Assembly (NCBI GenBank): GCA_044220505.1
Contig: JBGAQV010000001.1
Span: 586-64,585, forward strand
Direction: 5' to 3'
Source of the DNA: Dermatophilaceae bacterium
Lineage (GTDB): Bacteria; Actinomycetota; Actinomycetes; Actinomycetales; Dermatophilaceae
Length of the DNA: 64,000 nt
Positions 25,145 through 34,610 of the stretch are shown one piece after another. Under the pieces are notes generated by a model that had not been told where the DNA came from, made no database searches, and was given only the letters and a program-made list of their open reading frames with translations. A program made the translations under genes and the position numbers. Positions within the stretch are counted from its first letter, which is position 1; each line of letters begins with the position of its first letter.

Positions 25145-26779
25145 TCACGAGGGGCTCGGCGGCAACACCGATCCGGCCTTGCGGGCAATCCGTTTTGCCT
25201 TGGCCTTGGCCCGGTCGGTGCGAGATAGCGGCTCATGAGGATCGGGCACCCACCCGGCCAACCGCCCGGCCCGGCTCACCGCCACCAGCCGCTCGTGCAC
25301 GGCATCGACGGCAGCCGACGGGGTGACGATGAGCAACTCGTCGCCGGTGCGCAGCCGGGTCACCGGTTCGGGCACGAACGACCCGTCCTCGCGCAGCACG
25401 AGCGTGACATTCGCGCCGGCAGGCAGCCGCAACTCGAAGATCTCCACCCCCGCCAGCTTGGAGTCCGGGCCGATGGTTGCCATGACGACCTCGGCGTCCA
25501 TTCGATCCAGGGCGGTGGTCTCGACCGACAGCGGCACTTGGGTCACCGATTCGACGACGCCGAGCTTGCGCGCGACCCAGGGCAGGCTCGGGCCCTGCAC
25601 CAGGGTGTAGATGAGCACGAGCACGAAGACGAAATCGAAGATCCAGCGCGTGCCGGTCGCCCCCAGCGTGGCGGGCACGGTGGCGAGCACGACAGGCACG
25701 GCACCGCGCAGGCCCGCCCAGGACACGAAGAGCTGGTCGCGCCACGGCACCCGGAAGGGCGTGAGGCTGGCCGCCACCGACAGCGGCCGGGCGACGACGA
25801 GCAGCACCAGGCCGATGACCAGGGCCGGCCAGGCTTCGACGGGCAGCCGCGAGGGTGAGGCCAGCAGCCCGAGCAGGAAGAACAGCCCGACCTGGGCGAT
25901 CGTCCCGAGCGCTTGGACGAACCCGTTGACAGCGGCCCGGTGCGGCAAGCGCATGTTCCCGAGGACAAGAGCAGCGAGGTATGCCGCAATGAACCCCGAC
26001 GCGTGCACACTCGCCGCCACGGCATACCCGAGCACGGGCACGGCGATCACGCCGATGGCGAAGATGCCCGAGGCACCGCGGGCCAGCAGGCGCACGGCCT
26101 TGCCCCCGAGCCAGCCGACAGCGATCCCGATGACCGCTCCGACACCGAGCTCGACCAGCGCCAGCAGCGCCAGCTGCCAGGCCGGGTCGGGCGCGTCGCC
26201 CTCGGTGAGTTGCAGGGCGAAGGCGGTGGTGATGATGACGACCGGCGCGTCGTTGAACCCCGACTCCGCCTCGAGGATGCCGCGCAGCCGGGTGGGCAGC
26301 GGCACGTCGCGCAGCACCGAGAAGACCGCTGCCGCATCGGTAGAGGAAAGGATCGCGCCCATGAGCAAGGCCATCGACCAGGTCAGCCCGAGCACCAGGT
26401 GACATGCGACCGCGACGACCCCGATGGACACGAAGACCCCGACGGTCGAGAGCACGATCGCGGGAAAGACGGCCTTCCGTATGCCGTTCCACGGGGTGGT
26501 GAGCCCGCCCTCGGCGAGGATGAGGATGAGGGCTGCATACCCGAGCACTTGGGTGAGGGCCGCGTTGTCGAACGCGATGCCCGCGCCTCCGTCGCCGAAG
26601 GCCAGCCCGATGCCGAGGTAGAGCAGCATCGTGGGCAGGCCCGAGCGCGCGGAAATCCGCACGGCGACCAGAGACAACAGCACGACGACGGCGCCCAGGA
26701 GCAACCATCGGGTGAGGTCGGCCAGGGTGTAGCCCTCCACCAGGGTGTAGCTATTCACCAGACCTGGCGGAAACGGCAT
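25145..26779 (-). CDS. Potassium/proton antiporter (CPA1 family, NhaP2-like, with C-terminal TrkA-C domain)
   Basis: 544-aa ORF with ~12 TM segments (GLPTMLLYLGIGLAFG ... ESGFNDAPVVI) and a C-terminal soluble domain LAGVEIFELRLPAGANVTLVLREDGSFVPEPVTRLRTGDELLIV. Confidence 0.85.
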   Translation of the reverse strand: MPFPPGLVNSYTLVEGYTLADLTRWLLLGAVVVLLSLVAVRISARSGLPTMLLYLGIGLAFGDGGAGIAFDNAALTQVLGYAALILILAEGGLTTPWNGIRKAVFPAIVLSTVGVFVSIGVVAVACHLVLGLTWSMALLMGAILSSTDAAAVFSVLRDVPLPTRLRGILEAESGFNDAPVVIITTAFALQLTEGDAPDPAWQLALLALVELGVGAVIGIAVGWLGGKAVRLLARGASGIFAIGVIAVPVLGYAVAASVHASGFIAAYLAALVLGNMRLPHRAAVNGFVQALGTIAQVGLFFLLGLLASPSRLPVEAWPALVIGLVLLVVARPLSVAASLTPFRVPWRDQLFVSWAGLRGAVPVVLATVPATLGATGTRWIFDFVFVLVLIYTLVQGPSLPWVARKLGVVESVTQVPLSVETTALDRMDAEVVMATIGPDSKLAGVEIFELRLPAGANVTLVLREDGSFVPEPVTRLRTGDELLIVTPSAAVDAVHERLVAVSRAGRLAGWVPDPHEPLSRTDRAKAKAKRIARKAGSVLPPSPS

Positions 26780-26835
26780 ACCTCATCCTCCTGTCGTTGC
26801 CCCGGGGAGTCGCGGACGTGGCCTAGTCTCGCAGG

Positions 26836-29418
26836 GTGGCTCGGTGGAAGGTCGGACGCAGAGTGGGGCTGGGAGTCCTCCTCGTCCTCGTGGTCTCGCT
26901 CGTCGGCGCTGTGGTGTTCGCGACCGGGGTGGTGCGACGCTCCTGGCCGCAGACCGCGGGAGCGCTGACCCTCGACTCACTGACGTCTGCTGTCGAGGTG
27001 GTGCGTGACGGGCAGGGTGTGCCGACGATCTACGCCGACACTCCCGCCGACCTCTTCCGCGCCCAGGGTTTCGTCACGGCGCAGGACCGCTTCTTCCAGA
27101 TGGACCTGCGCCGCAAGGTCGCCTCCGGGCGCTCGGCGGAGCTCATCGGTGCCGCGGGCGTGGCCTCCGACACGGTCATGCGCACGCTCGGCCTGCGCCG
27201 GGTCGCCGAGGCGGAGTTGCCGCTGCTCGCGCCGAGCACCCGGCTCTATCTCAACGCCTACGCCGAGGGGGTCAACGACCTCATCACCCGCGCCGGTGAC
27301 CCGATGGCGCTCGGGCTCGAATACGAGGTGCTCGGCGCGCGGCTGGGCGACGAACGGCCCGAGAAGTGGACCGCAGTCGATTCGCTGGTCTGGCTCAAGG
27401 CCTATGCGTTCGATATCGCCGGTCTCGACAGCGCCGAACTCGCTCGCGGTCGGCTGTCCGCCACGATGGATGCGGCCCAACTGCGCGCCATCTACCCCGA
27501 GTATCCGAGCCAGCACCCCACCGTGCTCGCCGCCACAGCCTGGGGGCACGCTCGGTCGTCCGGTCCGGCCGACGGCATCGCCGGACTCGCCGGACTCGAT
27601 ACCCCCGACGGCCTTAGTGCCGCGGCGGCGCTCGCCTCGGCCCAGGCCGCGCTCGATGCGCGGGCCACCTCGGCCCTGGTGGGGTCCGGCGAGGGCCTGG
27701 GGTCCAACGCCTGGGTGGTCGCCGGGTCGCGGACGGCCAGCGGTGCACCCCTGCTCGCGGCCGATCCCCACCTGGCACCGACGCAACCCGGCGCCTACGC
27801 GCAGATCGGCCTGCGCTGCCGCACCGTGAGCGCCGAGTGTCCGTTCGACGTCACCGGGATCACCTTGCCCGGCTTCCCCGGTGTCATGGCCGGGCACACC
27901 GGCAAGATCGCGTGGGCGACCGCGGCCCTGGGTGCCGACGTCAGCGACTTCTACTACGAGCAGGTGACCGGAGACTCGTCGGTCCGGGACGGCGCGCTCG
28001 TGCCCCTGCAGCAGACCACCGAGACCGTCAAGGTCCGCGGCGGCGCGGACGCGGTGTTCACGGTGCGGCGCACCACGCACGGCCCGATCCTCAGCGACAT
28101 CGTCACCGCAGTCGACGAGGCCGGACGTCGCGCGGTGATCAACGGCGTGGCAGAACGGCAGCGGTATGCCGTGTCGCTCGCCTGGACGGGCTTCACCCCC
28201 TCCCGCACGGCCGATGCGATCTTCGGGCTGAGCACCGCGACGAGCTTCGCGGAGTTTCGCGCTGCGGCAACGAATTACGCAGCACCGGCGCTCAGCGTGG
28301 TCTACGCCGACGTCGACGGCCACATCGGCTACCTGGCACCCGGGCAGATACCCGTGCGCTCGGCGGCAACCGCCGGCGCCCCGGCAGGGTTTGTCCCGGC
28401 GCCGGGGTGGCAGAGCACCTGGGACTGGCGCGACATCGTCCCCAACGCCGAGCTGCCCTGGGCGCTGGACCCGCAGGAAGGGTTCATCGTCGCGGCGAAC
28501 AACAAGGTCACTCCGCTACCGTCGCCGTACCTCGGCTCGGACTGGGACAACGGCTGGCGCGCCGCTCGGATCAGTCAGCTGCTGGCCACCGGACCCAAGC
28601 TCACCCCGGCCGACATGACCCGGCTGCAACAGGACACCTTCGACGCCTTCGCCCGGACCCTCGTGCCGGTGCTGCTCGGCGTGGACCTCTCTTCGGACGG
28701 CTTCACCGAGGAGGCCCAGCGGTTGCTGCGCATGTGGGACTTCACGACGCCCGCCGACCGCTCCGACGCATCGGCCGCCGCGGTCTACTTCTACGCGGTG
28801 TGGTCGCGGCTGGTCCAGGGCACCTTCGACGACCAGCTGCCGGCCGACCTGCGCTCCGACGGCGGCCCACGGTGGCGGCAGGCGGTGATCCGGCTCCTCG
28901 AGGATCCCGCCAATCTCTGGTGGGACGACAAGCGCACCTCCGGCGTCGTCGAGAACCGCGACGAGATCCTGCACCGTGCCCTCGTGCAGGCCCGCCTCGA
29001 CCTCACCCGGTCGATGGGCTCGAGCACCTCCAGCTGGTCGTGGGGCAAGGTCCACCTGCTCGACCTCGGTCACCCGGTGCTCGGCGAGCAGAGTGACTCC
29101 GGATGGATCGCCCGACTGTTCGACCGGGGACCGGTGCCGGTCGCCGGCGGTTCGGCTGTCGTCCTCGCGACGGCGTTCGATGCGTCGAAGGGGTTCCGGG
29201 TCACCTCGGCACCGGCAGCGCGCCTGGTCGTCGACCTCGGTGACCTGGGTGCCTCCACCTGGGTGCTGCAGACCGGGCAAAGCGGGCATGCCGGTCACCC
29301 GCACTATGTCGACCAACTCGACACCTGGGTTTCCGGGGGCGCGTACTCCTGGCCGTTCTCTGCGGAGTCGGTGACCGCTACGGCCAGCGAGCGGTTGACC
29401 CTGGTGCCCAAGCCCTGA
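26836..29418 (+). CDS. Penicillin acylase family protein (Ntn hydrolase, peptidase S45)
   Basis: 860-aa ORF with an N-terminal TM/signal. Blocks VPTIYADTPADLFRAQGFVTAQDRFFQMDLRR and the processing-site-like GSNAWVVAGSRTASGAPLLAADPHL. Confidence 0.9.
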   Translation: MARWKVGRRVGLGVLLVLVVSLVGAVVFATGVVRRSWPQTAGALTLDSLTSAVEVVRDGQGVPTIYADTPADLFRAQGFVTAQDRFFQMDLRRKVASGRSAELIGAAGVASDTVMRTLGLRRVAEAELPLLAPSTRLYLNAYAEGVNDLITRAGDPMALGLEYEVLGARLGDERPEKWTAVDSLVWLKAYAFDIAGLDSAELARGRLSATMDAAQLRAIYPEYPSQHPTVLAATAWGHARSSGPADGIAGLAGLDTPDGLSAAAALASAQAALDARATSALVGSGEGLGSNAWVVAGSRTASGAPLLAADPHLAPTQPGAYAQIGLRCRTVSAECPFDVTGITLPGFPGVMAGHTGKIAWATAALGADVSDFYYEQVTGDSSVRDGALVPLQQTTETVKVRGGADAVFTVRRTTHGPILSDIVTAVDEAGRRAVINGVAERQRYAVSLAWTGFTPSRTADAIFGLSTATSFAEFRAAATNYAAPALSVVYADVDGHIGYLAPGQIPVRSAATAGAPAGFVPAPGWQSTWDWRDIVPNAELPWALDPQEGFIVAANNKVTPLPSPYLGSDWDNGWRAARISQLLATGPKLTPADMTRLQQDTFDAFARTLVPVLLGVDLSSDGFTEEAQRLLRMWDFTTPADRSDASAAAVYFYAVWSRLVQGTFDDQLPADLRSDGGPRWRQAVIRLLEDPANLWWDDKRTSGVVENRDEILHRALVQARLDLTRSMGSSTSSWSWGKVHLLDLGHPVLGEQSDSGWIARLFDRGPVPVAGGSAVVLATAFDASKGFRVTSAPAARLVVDLGDLGASTWVLQTGQSGHAGHPHYVDQLDTWVSGGAYSWPFSAESVTATASERLTLVPKP

Positions 29419-29476
29419 CACCAAAAGCCCCTGACGCCGAAAGCCCTGACGCGAAAGCCTGGTCGGAGGGCGACCG

Positions 29477-30100
29477 TCAGTCGCCGCGATCCAGCGGCAG
29501 CCACTGCACGCCACCGCCGGGGGTCACGACGCCGTCCACGCGGCGGTCGTGCGGATCGGCGGGAAGGCTCGTGTCGCTCACCTCGTCGTCCCACAGCAGG
29601 GTGAGCACCGGTATGCCGTCCGGCACCAGTCCCAGCGCCGTGTCGTAGTAGCCGCCGCCCTGCCCCAACCGCAGGCCCGAGCGGTCGACCGCGAGACCGG
29701 GAGTGAGCACAAGCTGCACCGTCGCGATGGCCTCCTCACCGAGGTCTTCGAGGCCGTCGGCGGTCCGCCAGGACAGGGTGTGTTCGGCCAACGGCCCGGT
29801 GATCGGCACGATGACCTCGTGACCCTCGGCCTGGAGCCCAGTGATGAGCAGGTCCGTCGGAGGCTCGGTGGGCCGGGATTCGTAGGCGGCCACCCGGCAT
29901 ACCTCTCCCATCGCTGCGAGCGCGAGCCCGGCCACCAGTGCCTCGACCGCATCGGCGAGCGCTCCGCTGGCTGTCGCGCGATGGTCTGCGGCGTCAGGTG
30001 CCTGCGCGCGAGAGCGGCGCCGCGCCCGGATCGCCGCGCGACGGTCTGCCTTGGCCTGCGCCGCGCCGGCCGAGGACCCTGTCGCTTCGTTGCTCGCCAC
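29477..30100 (-). CDS. 5-formyltetrahydrofolate cyclo-ligase
   Basis: 207-aa ORF with the family block LVLTPGLAVDRSGLRLGQGGGYYD. Syntenic with the UGPase/moeA genes, as in mycobacteria. Confidence 0.8.
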   Translation of the reverse strand: MASNEATGSSAGAAQAKADRRAAIRARRRSRAQAPDAADHRATASGALADAVEALVAGLALAAMGEVCRVAAYESRPTEPPTDLLITGLQAEGHEVIVPITGPLAEHTLSWRTADGLEDLGEEAIATVQLVLTPGLAVDRSGLRLGQGGGYYDTALGLVPDGIPVLTLLWDDEVSDTSLPADPHDRRVDGVVTPGGGVQWLPLDRGD

Positions 30101-30161
30101 CGGTCCAGGCTAGGGCGGCGGGGTCGCAACCACGAGGGGATCGTCCGGGTGGGCCATTAGG

Positions 30162-31628
30162 GTGGACGCTGTGAACGCCGTTGTGGGGGAGCGCCCAGTA
30201 AGCGCGCCAGGCCTGGCCGAAGCACGTCGCCGGATGACCGACCGGGGGATGCACCCCACGGCGATCGAGGTCTTCGCGCGCTACTACCGCGACGTCGAGG
30301 CGGGGGCTCGCGGCACCATCGCCGAGGCGAGCATCACGCCGCTGGACGACCTGCCCCAGCTCGAGGCGTTCTCAGCGACCGAGAGCGAGCGGGCCGAGGC
30401 GCTGCGGCGCACCGCGATGATCAAACTCAACGGCGGCCTCGGCACGAGCATGGGGCTGGCCGGCCCCAAGAGCGCCCTCGTCGTGCGCGACGGACTCACC
30501 TTCCTCGACGTCATCGCCCGCCAGGCGCTTGCCCTGCGCGCCCGGTATGCCGTCGATCTGCCGGTGCTGTTCATGGACAGTTTCCGCACCCAGGCCGACA
30601 CCCTCGAGGTGTTGGCGGCCTATCCCGACCTCGCGGTCGACGGTCTGCCGTTGGACTTCCTCCAAGGAGCCGAGCCCAAGCTGCGCGCCGACGACCTGAG
30701 CCCGGTCGAGTGGCCGCAGGACCCGGAGTTGGAGTGGTGCCCGCCGGGCCACGGTGACGTCTATCTCGCGCTGTCGACGACCGGGCTGCTGGATCGGTTG
30801 CGCGAGAAGGGGATTCGTTACGCCTTCTTGTCCAATGCCGACAACCTCGGGGCCACCTGCGACCCCGATATCGCCGCCTGGCTGATCCGCCACGCCGTGC
30901 CCTATCTCGCCGAGGTCTGCGAGCGCACGGTCAACGACCGCAAGGGTGGCCACCTGGCGCGCCGGGTGTCCGACGGCCGGATCGTCTTGCGCGACAGCGC
31001 GATGGTCGTGCCCGGCGAGGAGGACTTCTTCGGCGACATCGAGCGCCACCGCACCTTCCACGCCAACAATCTCTGGGTCGACCTCGACGTGGTCGCCCGG
31101 CTGTTGGCCGACGGCGATGGGCACCTCGGGCTGCCGATCATCGTCAACCGCAAGACGGTCGACCCCACCCGTCCCGACTCGACGCCGGTGCTCCAGCTGG
31201 AGACCGCGATGGGGGCGGCGATCGAAGCCGTCGACGGGTCGCAGGCCCTGCTCGTGCCACGCACTCGGTTCCGGCCGGTCAAGACGACCAACGAGCTGGC
31301 CCTGCTGCGCTCGGACCGCTACCGGCTCGACGCGGACTCCCAGGTGGTCACGACGACCGACAGTCCCGAGCCGTTCGTCGATCTCGGCAAGGCCTTCGCT
31401 CTCGTGCCCGAGTTCGAGCGGCGCTTCCCGCATGGGGTGCCGTCGCTGCGTGAGTGCACCTCGCTGCGGGTCATCGGCGATGTCGTCTTCGGTGCCGACG
31501 TCGTGTGTCGTGGCGACGTCCTGGTGTCCGCCGAGGCAGCTCTCGATGGGGATTCGTCCGGCCCGCTCCAGATCCCCGACGGCGCTGTTCTCGGCACTGT
31601 TCCCGGCACAACCCTCGGTGACACATGA
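30162..31628 (+). CDS. UTP--glucose-1-phosphate uridylyltransferase family protein (UDPGP, eukaryote-type)
   Basis: Blocks MIKLNGGLGTSMGLAGPKSAL, CPPGHGDVY and FLSNADNLGA. GTG 30162 is taken as the start (ATG 30234 is also possible). Confidence 0.8.
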   Translation: MDAVNAVVGERPVSAPGLAEARRRMTDRGMHPTAIEVFARYYRDVEAGARGTIAEASITPLDDLPQLEAFSATESERAEALRRTAMIKLNGGLGTSMGLAGPKSALVVRDGLTFLDVIARQALALRARYAVDLPVLFMDSFRTQADTLEVLAAYPDLAVDGLPLDFLQGAEPKLRADDLSPVEWPQDPELEWCPPGHGDVYLALSTTGLLDRLREKGIRYAFLSNADNLGATCDPDIAAWLIRHAVPYLAEVCERTVNDRKGGHLARRVSDGRIVLRDSAMVVPGEEDFFGDIERHRTFHANNLWVDLDVVARLLADGDGHLGLPIIVNRKTVDPTRPDSTPVLQLETAMGAAIEAVDGSQALLVPRTRFRPVKTTNELALLRSDRYRLDADSQVVTTTDSPEPFVDLGKAFALVPEFERRFPHGVPSLRECTSLRVIGDVVFGADVVCRGDVLVSAEAALDGDSSGPLQIPDGAVLGTVPGTTLGDT

Positions 31629-32887
31629 GCGAGGCCTCGGACATGCGCTCCGTCGTGGAGCACCTGGCGGCCGCGATGGCCGGCCGCACACCCCTGCCTG
31701 GGGTGCGCATTCCGCTGGACCAGGCGGTCGGTCTCATTGCCGCCGAGCGGCTGGTCTCACGGGTCGACCTGCCGGGCTTCGACAACTCGGCGATGGACGG
31801 ATATGCCGTGCAGGCTGCCGATCTCGCCGGGGCCGGCGGGCGTCGTCGGCGCGGGGTGCGCCTGCCGGTCGTCGCCCATCTGGCTGCCGGCGATGCCCCC
31901 ACGCAGGAGGTGCGACCGGGGACGGCGATCCAGATCATGACCGGAGCGCCGATGCCGCCGGGGGCCGATGCCGTGGTCCCGGTCGAAGACACCTATGGCG
32001 GGGCTCAGATGGTGACGGTCACCGCAGCGGTGCCGGTCGGTCGGCACATTCGTCGCCGCGGCGAGGACCTGGCCGCCGGGTCGGTCGTCGTCTCGCCGGG
32101 TGACGTGCTCACTCCTCGACGGATCGGCCTGCTCGCGGCGGCCGGCCATGGCGAGGTCATGGTGCACCCACGTCCGAGGGTTGCCGTTGTGTCGACCGGC
32201 GCCGAGCTCGTCCCACCGGGCGATGATCTCGCCCCTGGCCAGATCTACGACTCGAACAGCCACCTGCTCGCCGCTGCCGTCACCGCGGCAGGTGGGCGGA
32301 CGGCATACCGGGGGAGGATCGGCGACGACCCCGCGACGGTGCGGGCCGAGCTGGCCCGGCTGGCGGCGCAGGTCGATCTCGTCATCACCTCCGGCGGGGT
32401 GAGCATGGGTGTCCACGACGTCGTCAAGGACGTGCTGCGCGAGAGCGGCACGGTGGAGTTCGTTCAAGTGGCCATGCAGCCGGGCAAACCCCAAGGCCTA
32501 GGCGTGTTGATGGATGGCGATCGGGAGGTGCCGTTCTTCGGGCTGCCGGGCAATCCGGTGTCGGCGGCGGTGAGCTTCATGGTGTTCGTGCGGCCGGTGG
32601 TGCGGCGGATGCTCGGCCTGGAACCAGCAGACACGACGACGGTGACCGTCGAGCTCACCGCGGGGCTGCGCTCGCCGGCCGGCAAGGTGCAGTTCGCCCG
32701 GGCCCAGTCGCGGATGCTGCCCAGTGGTCGCCTCGGGGCCCAGCCGGTCGCTGGCCAGGGGTCCCACTTCGTCGCCGACCTGGCTGCGGCCGATCTGCTG
32801 CTCGTCGTGCCGCCCGACGCCACCGAGCTGAGTGCGGGGAGCCTCGTCGAGGCGGTGCTCCTCGACGCCGAGCTGGCGGTCACCTAG
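31625..32887 (+). CDS. moeA: Molybdopterin molybdotransferase MoeA (gephyrin-like; possible Glp orthologue)
   Basis: ATG 31625 overlaps the upstream stop (ATGA). Blocks LPGFDNSAMDGYAV, ITSGGVSMGVHDVVKD and FGLPGNPVSA. Confidence 0.9.
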   Translation: MSEASDMRSVVEHLAAAMAGRTPLPGVRIPLDQAVGLIAAERLVSRVDLPGFDNSAMDGYAVQAADLAGAGGRRRRGVRLPVVAHLAAGDAPTQEVRPGTAIQIMTGAPMPPGADAVVPVEDTYGGAQMVTVTAAVPVGRHIRRRGEDLAAGSVVVSPGDVLTPRRIGLLAAAGHGEVMVHPRPRVAVVSTGAELVPPGDDLAPGQIYDSNSHLLAAAVTAAGGRTAYRGRIGDDPATVRAELARLAAQVDLVITSGGVSMGVHDVVKDVLRESGTVEFVQVAMQPGKPQGLGVLMDGDREVPFFGLPGNPVSAAVSFMVFVRPVVRRMLGLEPADTTTVTVELTAGLRSPAGKVQFARAQSRMLPSGRLGAQPVAGQGSHFVADLAAADLLLVVPPDATELSAGSLVEAVLLDAELAVT

Positions 32888-33372
32888 TGAGCACGCCGGA
32901 AACCGGGCTGACCCATGTCCGCGCCGACGGCAGCGCCCACATGGTCGATGTGTCCGCCAAGGCCGTGACCGCCCGCGAGGCGTCGGCCGCCGGCCGCGTG
33001 CTGGTGTCGGCGGCGGTCGTGGCGGCGTTGCGCGAGGGCACAGTCCCCAAGGGTGACGCGCTCGCGGTGGCCCGGATCGCGGGGCTGCAGGCGGTCAAAC
33101 GCACCCCCGACCTCATCCCGCTGGCCCATCCCATCGCCGTGCACGGCGCGACCGTCGACCTCGTCGTCACCGACACCGCGGTCGAGATCACGGCCACCGT
33201 GCGCACGGCCGATCGCACCGGCATCGAGATGGAGGCCCTCACGGCGGTGGCCGTGGCGGCGCTCGCCCTCGTCGACATGGTCAAGGCGGTCGACCGGCAT
33301 ACCCGCATCACCGATATCCGTGTCACCGCCAAATCCGGTGGCCGGAGCGGCAATTGGACTGAGAGTCGATGA
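32887..33372 (+). CDS. moaC: Cyclic pyranopterin monophosphate synthase
   Basis: GTG 32887 overlaps the TAG of moeA by 1 nt. Blocks LTHVRADGSAHMVDVSAK, IAGLQAVKRTPDLIPLAHP and GIEMEALTAVAVAALALVDMVK. Confidence 0.9.
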   Translation: MSTPETGLTHVRADGSAHMVDVSAKAVTAREASAAGRVLVSAAVVAALREGTVPKGDALAVARIAGLQAVKRTPDLIPLAHPIAVHGATVDLVVTDTAVEITATVRTADRTGIEMEALTAVAVAALALVDMVKAVDRHTRITDIRVTAKSGGRSGNWTESR

Positions 33373-33908
33373 AATCCCGTGGTGGGCAGCCTGATCCGCG
33401 GCACACCGCGCGGGTGATCGTCGCCTCCACCCGGGCATCCGATGGCACCTACGAGGACCGCACCGGACCGCTGTTGGTCGCCGCCTTGCACGATTGGGGG
33501 TATGCCGTCACCGGCCCGGTCGTCGTGCCCGACGGGCCGCAGGTCGGGTCCGCCATCGAGGGCGCCATCGCCGATCGGGTTGCCGTCGTTATCACGACCG
33601 GAGGCACCGGAGTCAGCCCGACCGACGTCACGCCCGAGCAGACCCGGCCCCATCTCGAGCGAGAGCTGCCCGGCATACCGGAGCTCATCCGGGGTGCCGG
33701 CGTGAGCCGAGGCCTGCCGCTGGCGGCGATCTCGCGCGGCCTGGCCGGAGTGGCCGGACGCACCCTGGTCATCAACCTGCCCGGCTCGCGCGGCGGGGTG
33801 ACCGACGCGATCGGCGTGCTGCAGCCGGTCGTCGCGCACATCGTCGAGCAGCTGCACGGCGGCGACCACGCGCCGGTCGAGGCCGGCGCTCCGGGGGCGC
33901 CCGCGTGA
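33369..33908 (+). CDS. moaB: MogA/MoaB family molybdenum cofactor biosynthesis protein
   Basis: ATG 33369 overlaps the moaC stop (ATGA). Block VVITTGGTGVSPTDVTPE and a typical ~170-aa size. Confidence 0.8.
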   Translation: MKSRGGQPDPRHTARVIVASTRASDGTYEDRTGPLLVAALHDWGYAVTGPVVVPDGPQVGSAIEGAIADRVAVVITTGGTGVSPTDVTPEQTRPHLERELPGIPELIRGAGVSRGLPLAAISRGLAGVAGRTLVINLPGSRGGVTDAIGVLQPVVAHIVEQLHGGDHAPVEAGAPGAPA

Positions 33909-34531
33909 CCGGCGCGGGCCGGTGGCCGGTGAGTCTCACGGTGACCGACGGGCTCGACCCGCGGTTGGTGTTGCGGCCGCTCGGCCGCCGCGACCGCGCC
34001 GAGTGGGAGGCGCTGCGCCGGGCCAACACGGCATACCTGCAGCCGTGGGACCCCACCTCGCCGAGCGGTGCGACGACGCGGGTGGGCTACGCGCAGTACC
34101 TGCGGGGGATGGCGCGCGAGGCTCGGGAGGGCACCTTGCTGCCGCTCGCGATCGAGGTCGAGGGCCGGCTGGCCGGTCAGGTCCACGTCTTCGGGATCGG
34201 CCGCGGGTCGCTGCTGTCGGGATCGATCGGCTATTGGGTCGGGAAGGCGGATGCCGGCCGGGGGATCACGACGCGTGCGCTGGCAGCGGTCTGTGATTAC
34301 GCCTTCGGGCCGTTGGGGCTGCATCGGGTCGAGGTCAACATCCGGCCCGAGAATCTCGGCTCCCTGGCCGTCGTCGCGCATCTGAGGTTCCGGGAGGAAG
34401 GGGTGCGGTCGCGCTATATGCACATCGCCGGGGCCTGGCGCGACCACCGCAGTTTCGCCCTCACCGTCGAGGACACCGGCGGGCAGCCGGTCATCCAACG
34501 CTGGGTCGAGCGTCGCCTGGAGGGCATTTAA
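33905..34531 (+). CDS. rimJ: GNAT family N-acetyltransferase (RimJ/RimL-like)
   Basis: GTG 33905 overlaps the moaB stop (GTGA). Blocks LVLRPLGRRDRAEWEALRRAN and GYWVGKADAGRGITTRALAAVCDYAFGPLGLHRVEVNIRPEN. The rest of ORF 33494.. overlaps moaB out of frame. Confidence 0.8.
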   Translation: MTGAGRWPVSLTVTDGLDPRLVLRPLGRRDRAEWEALRRANTAYLQPWDPTSPSGATTRVGYAQYLRGMAREAREGTLLPLAIEVEGRLAGQVHVFGIGRGSLLSGSIGYWVGKADAGRGITTRALAAVCDYAFGPLGLHRVEVNIRPENLGSLAVVAHLRFREEGVRSRYMHIAGAWRDHRSFALTVEDTGGQPVIQRWVERRLEGI

Positions 34532-34610
34532 CACCTGTCACAGCAGCCTCATCCGCGACACACCGCGGCAGGTCCGTCGACCGCGGGAGCCGGGTCCTTA
34601 CCGTAGAGCG

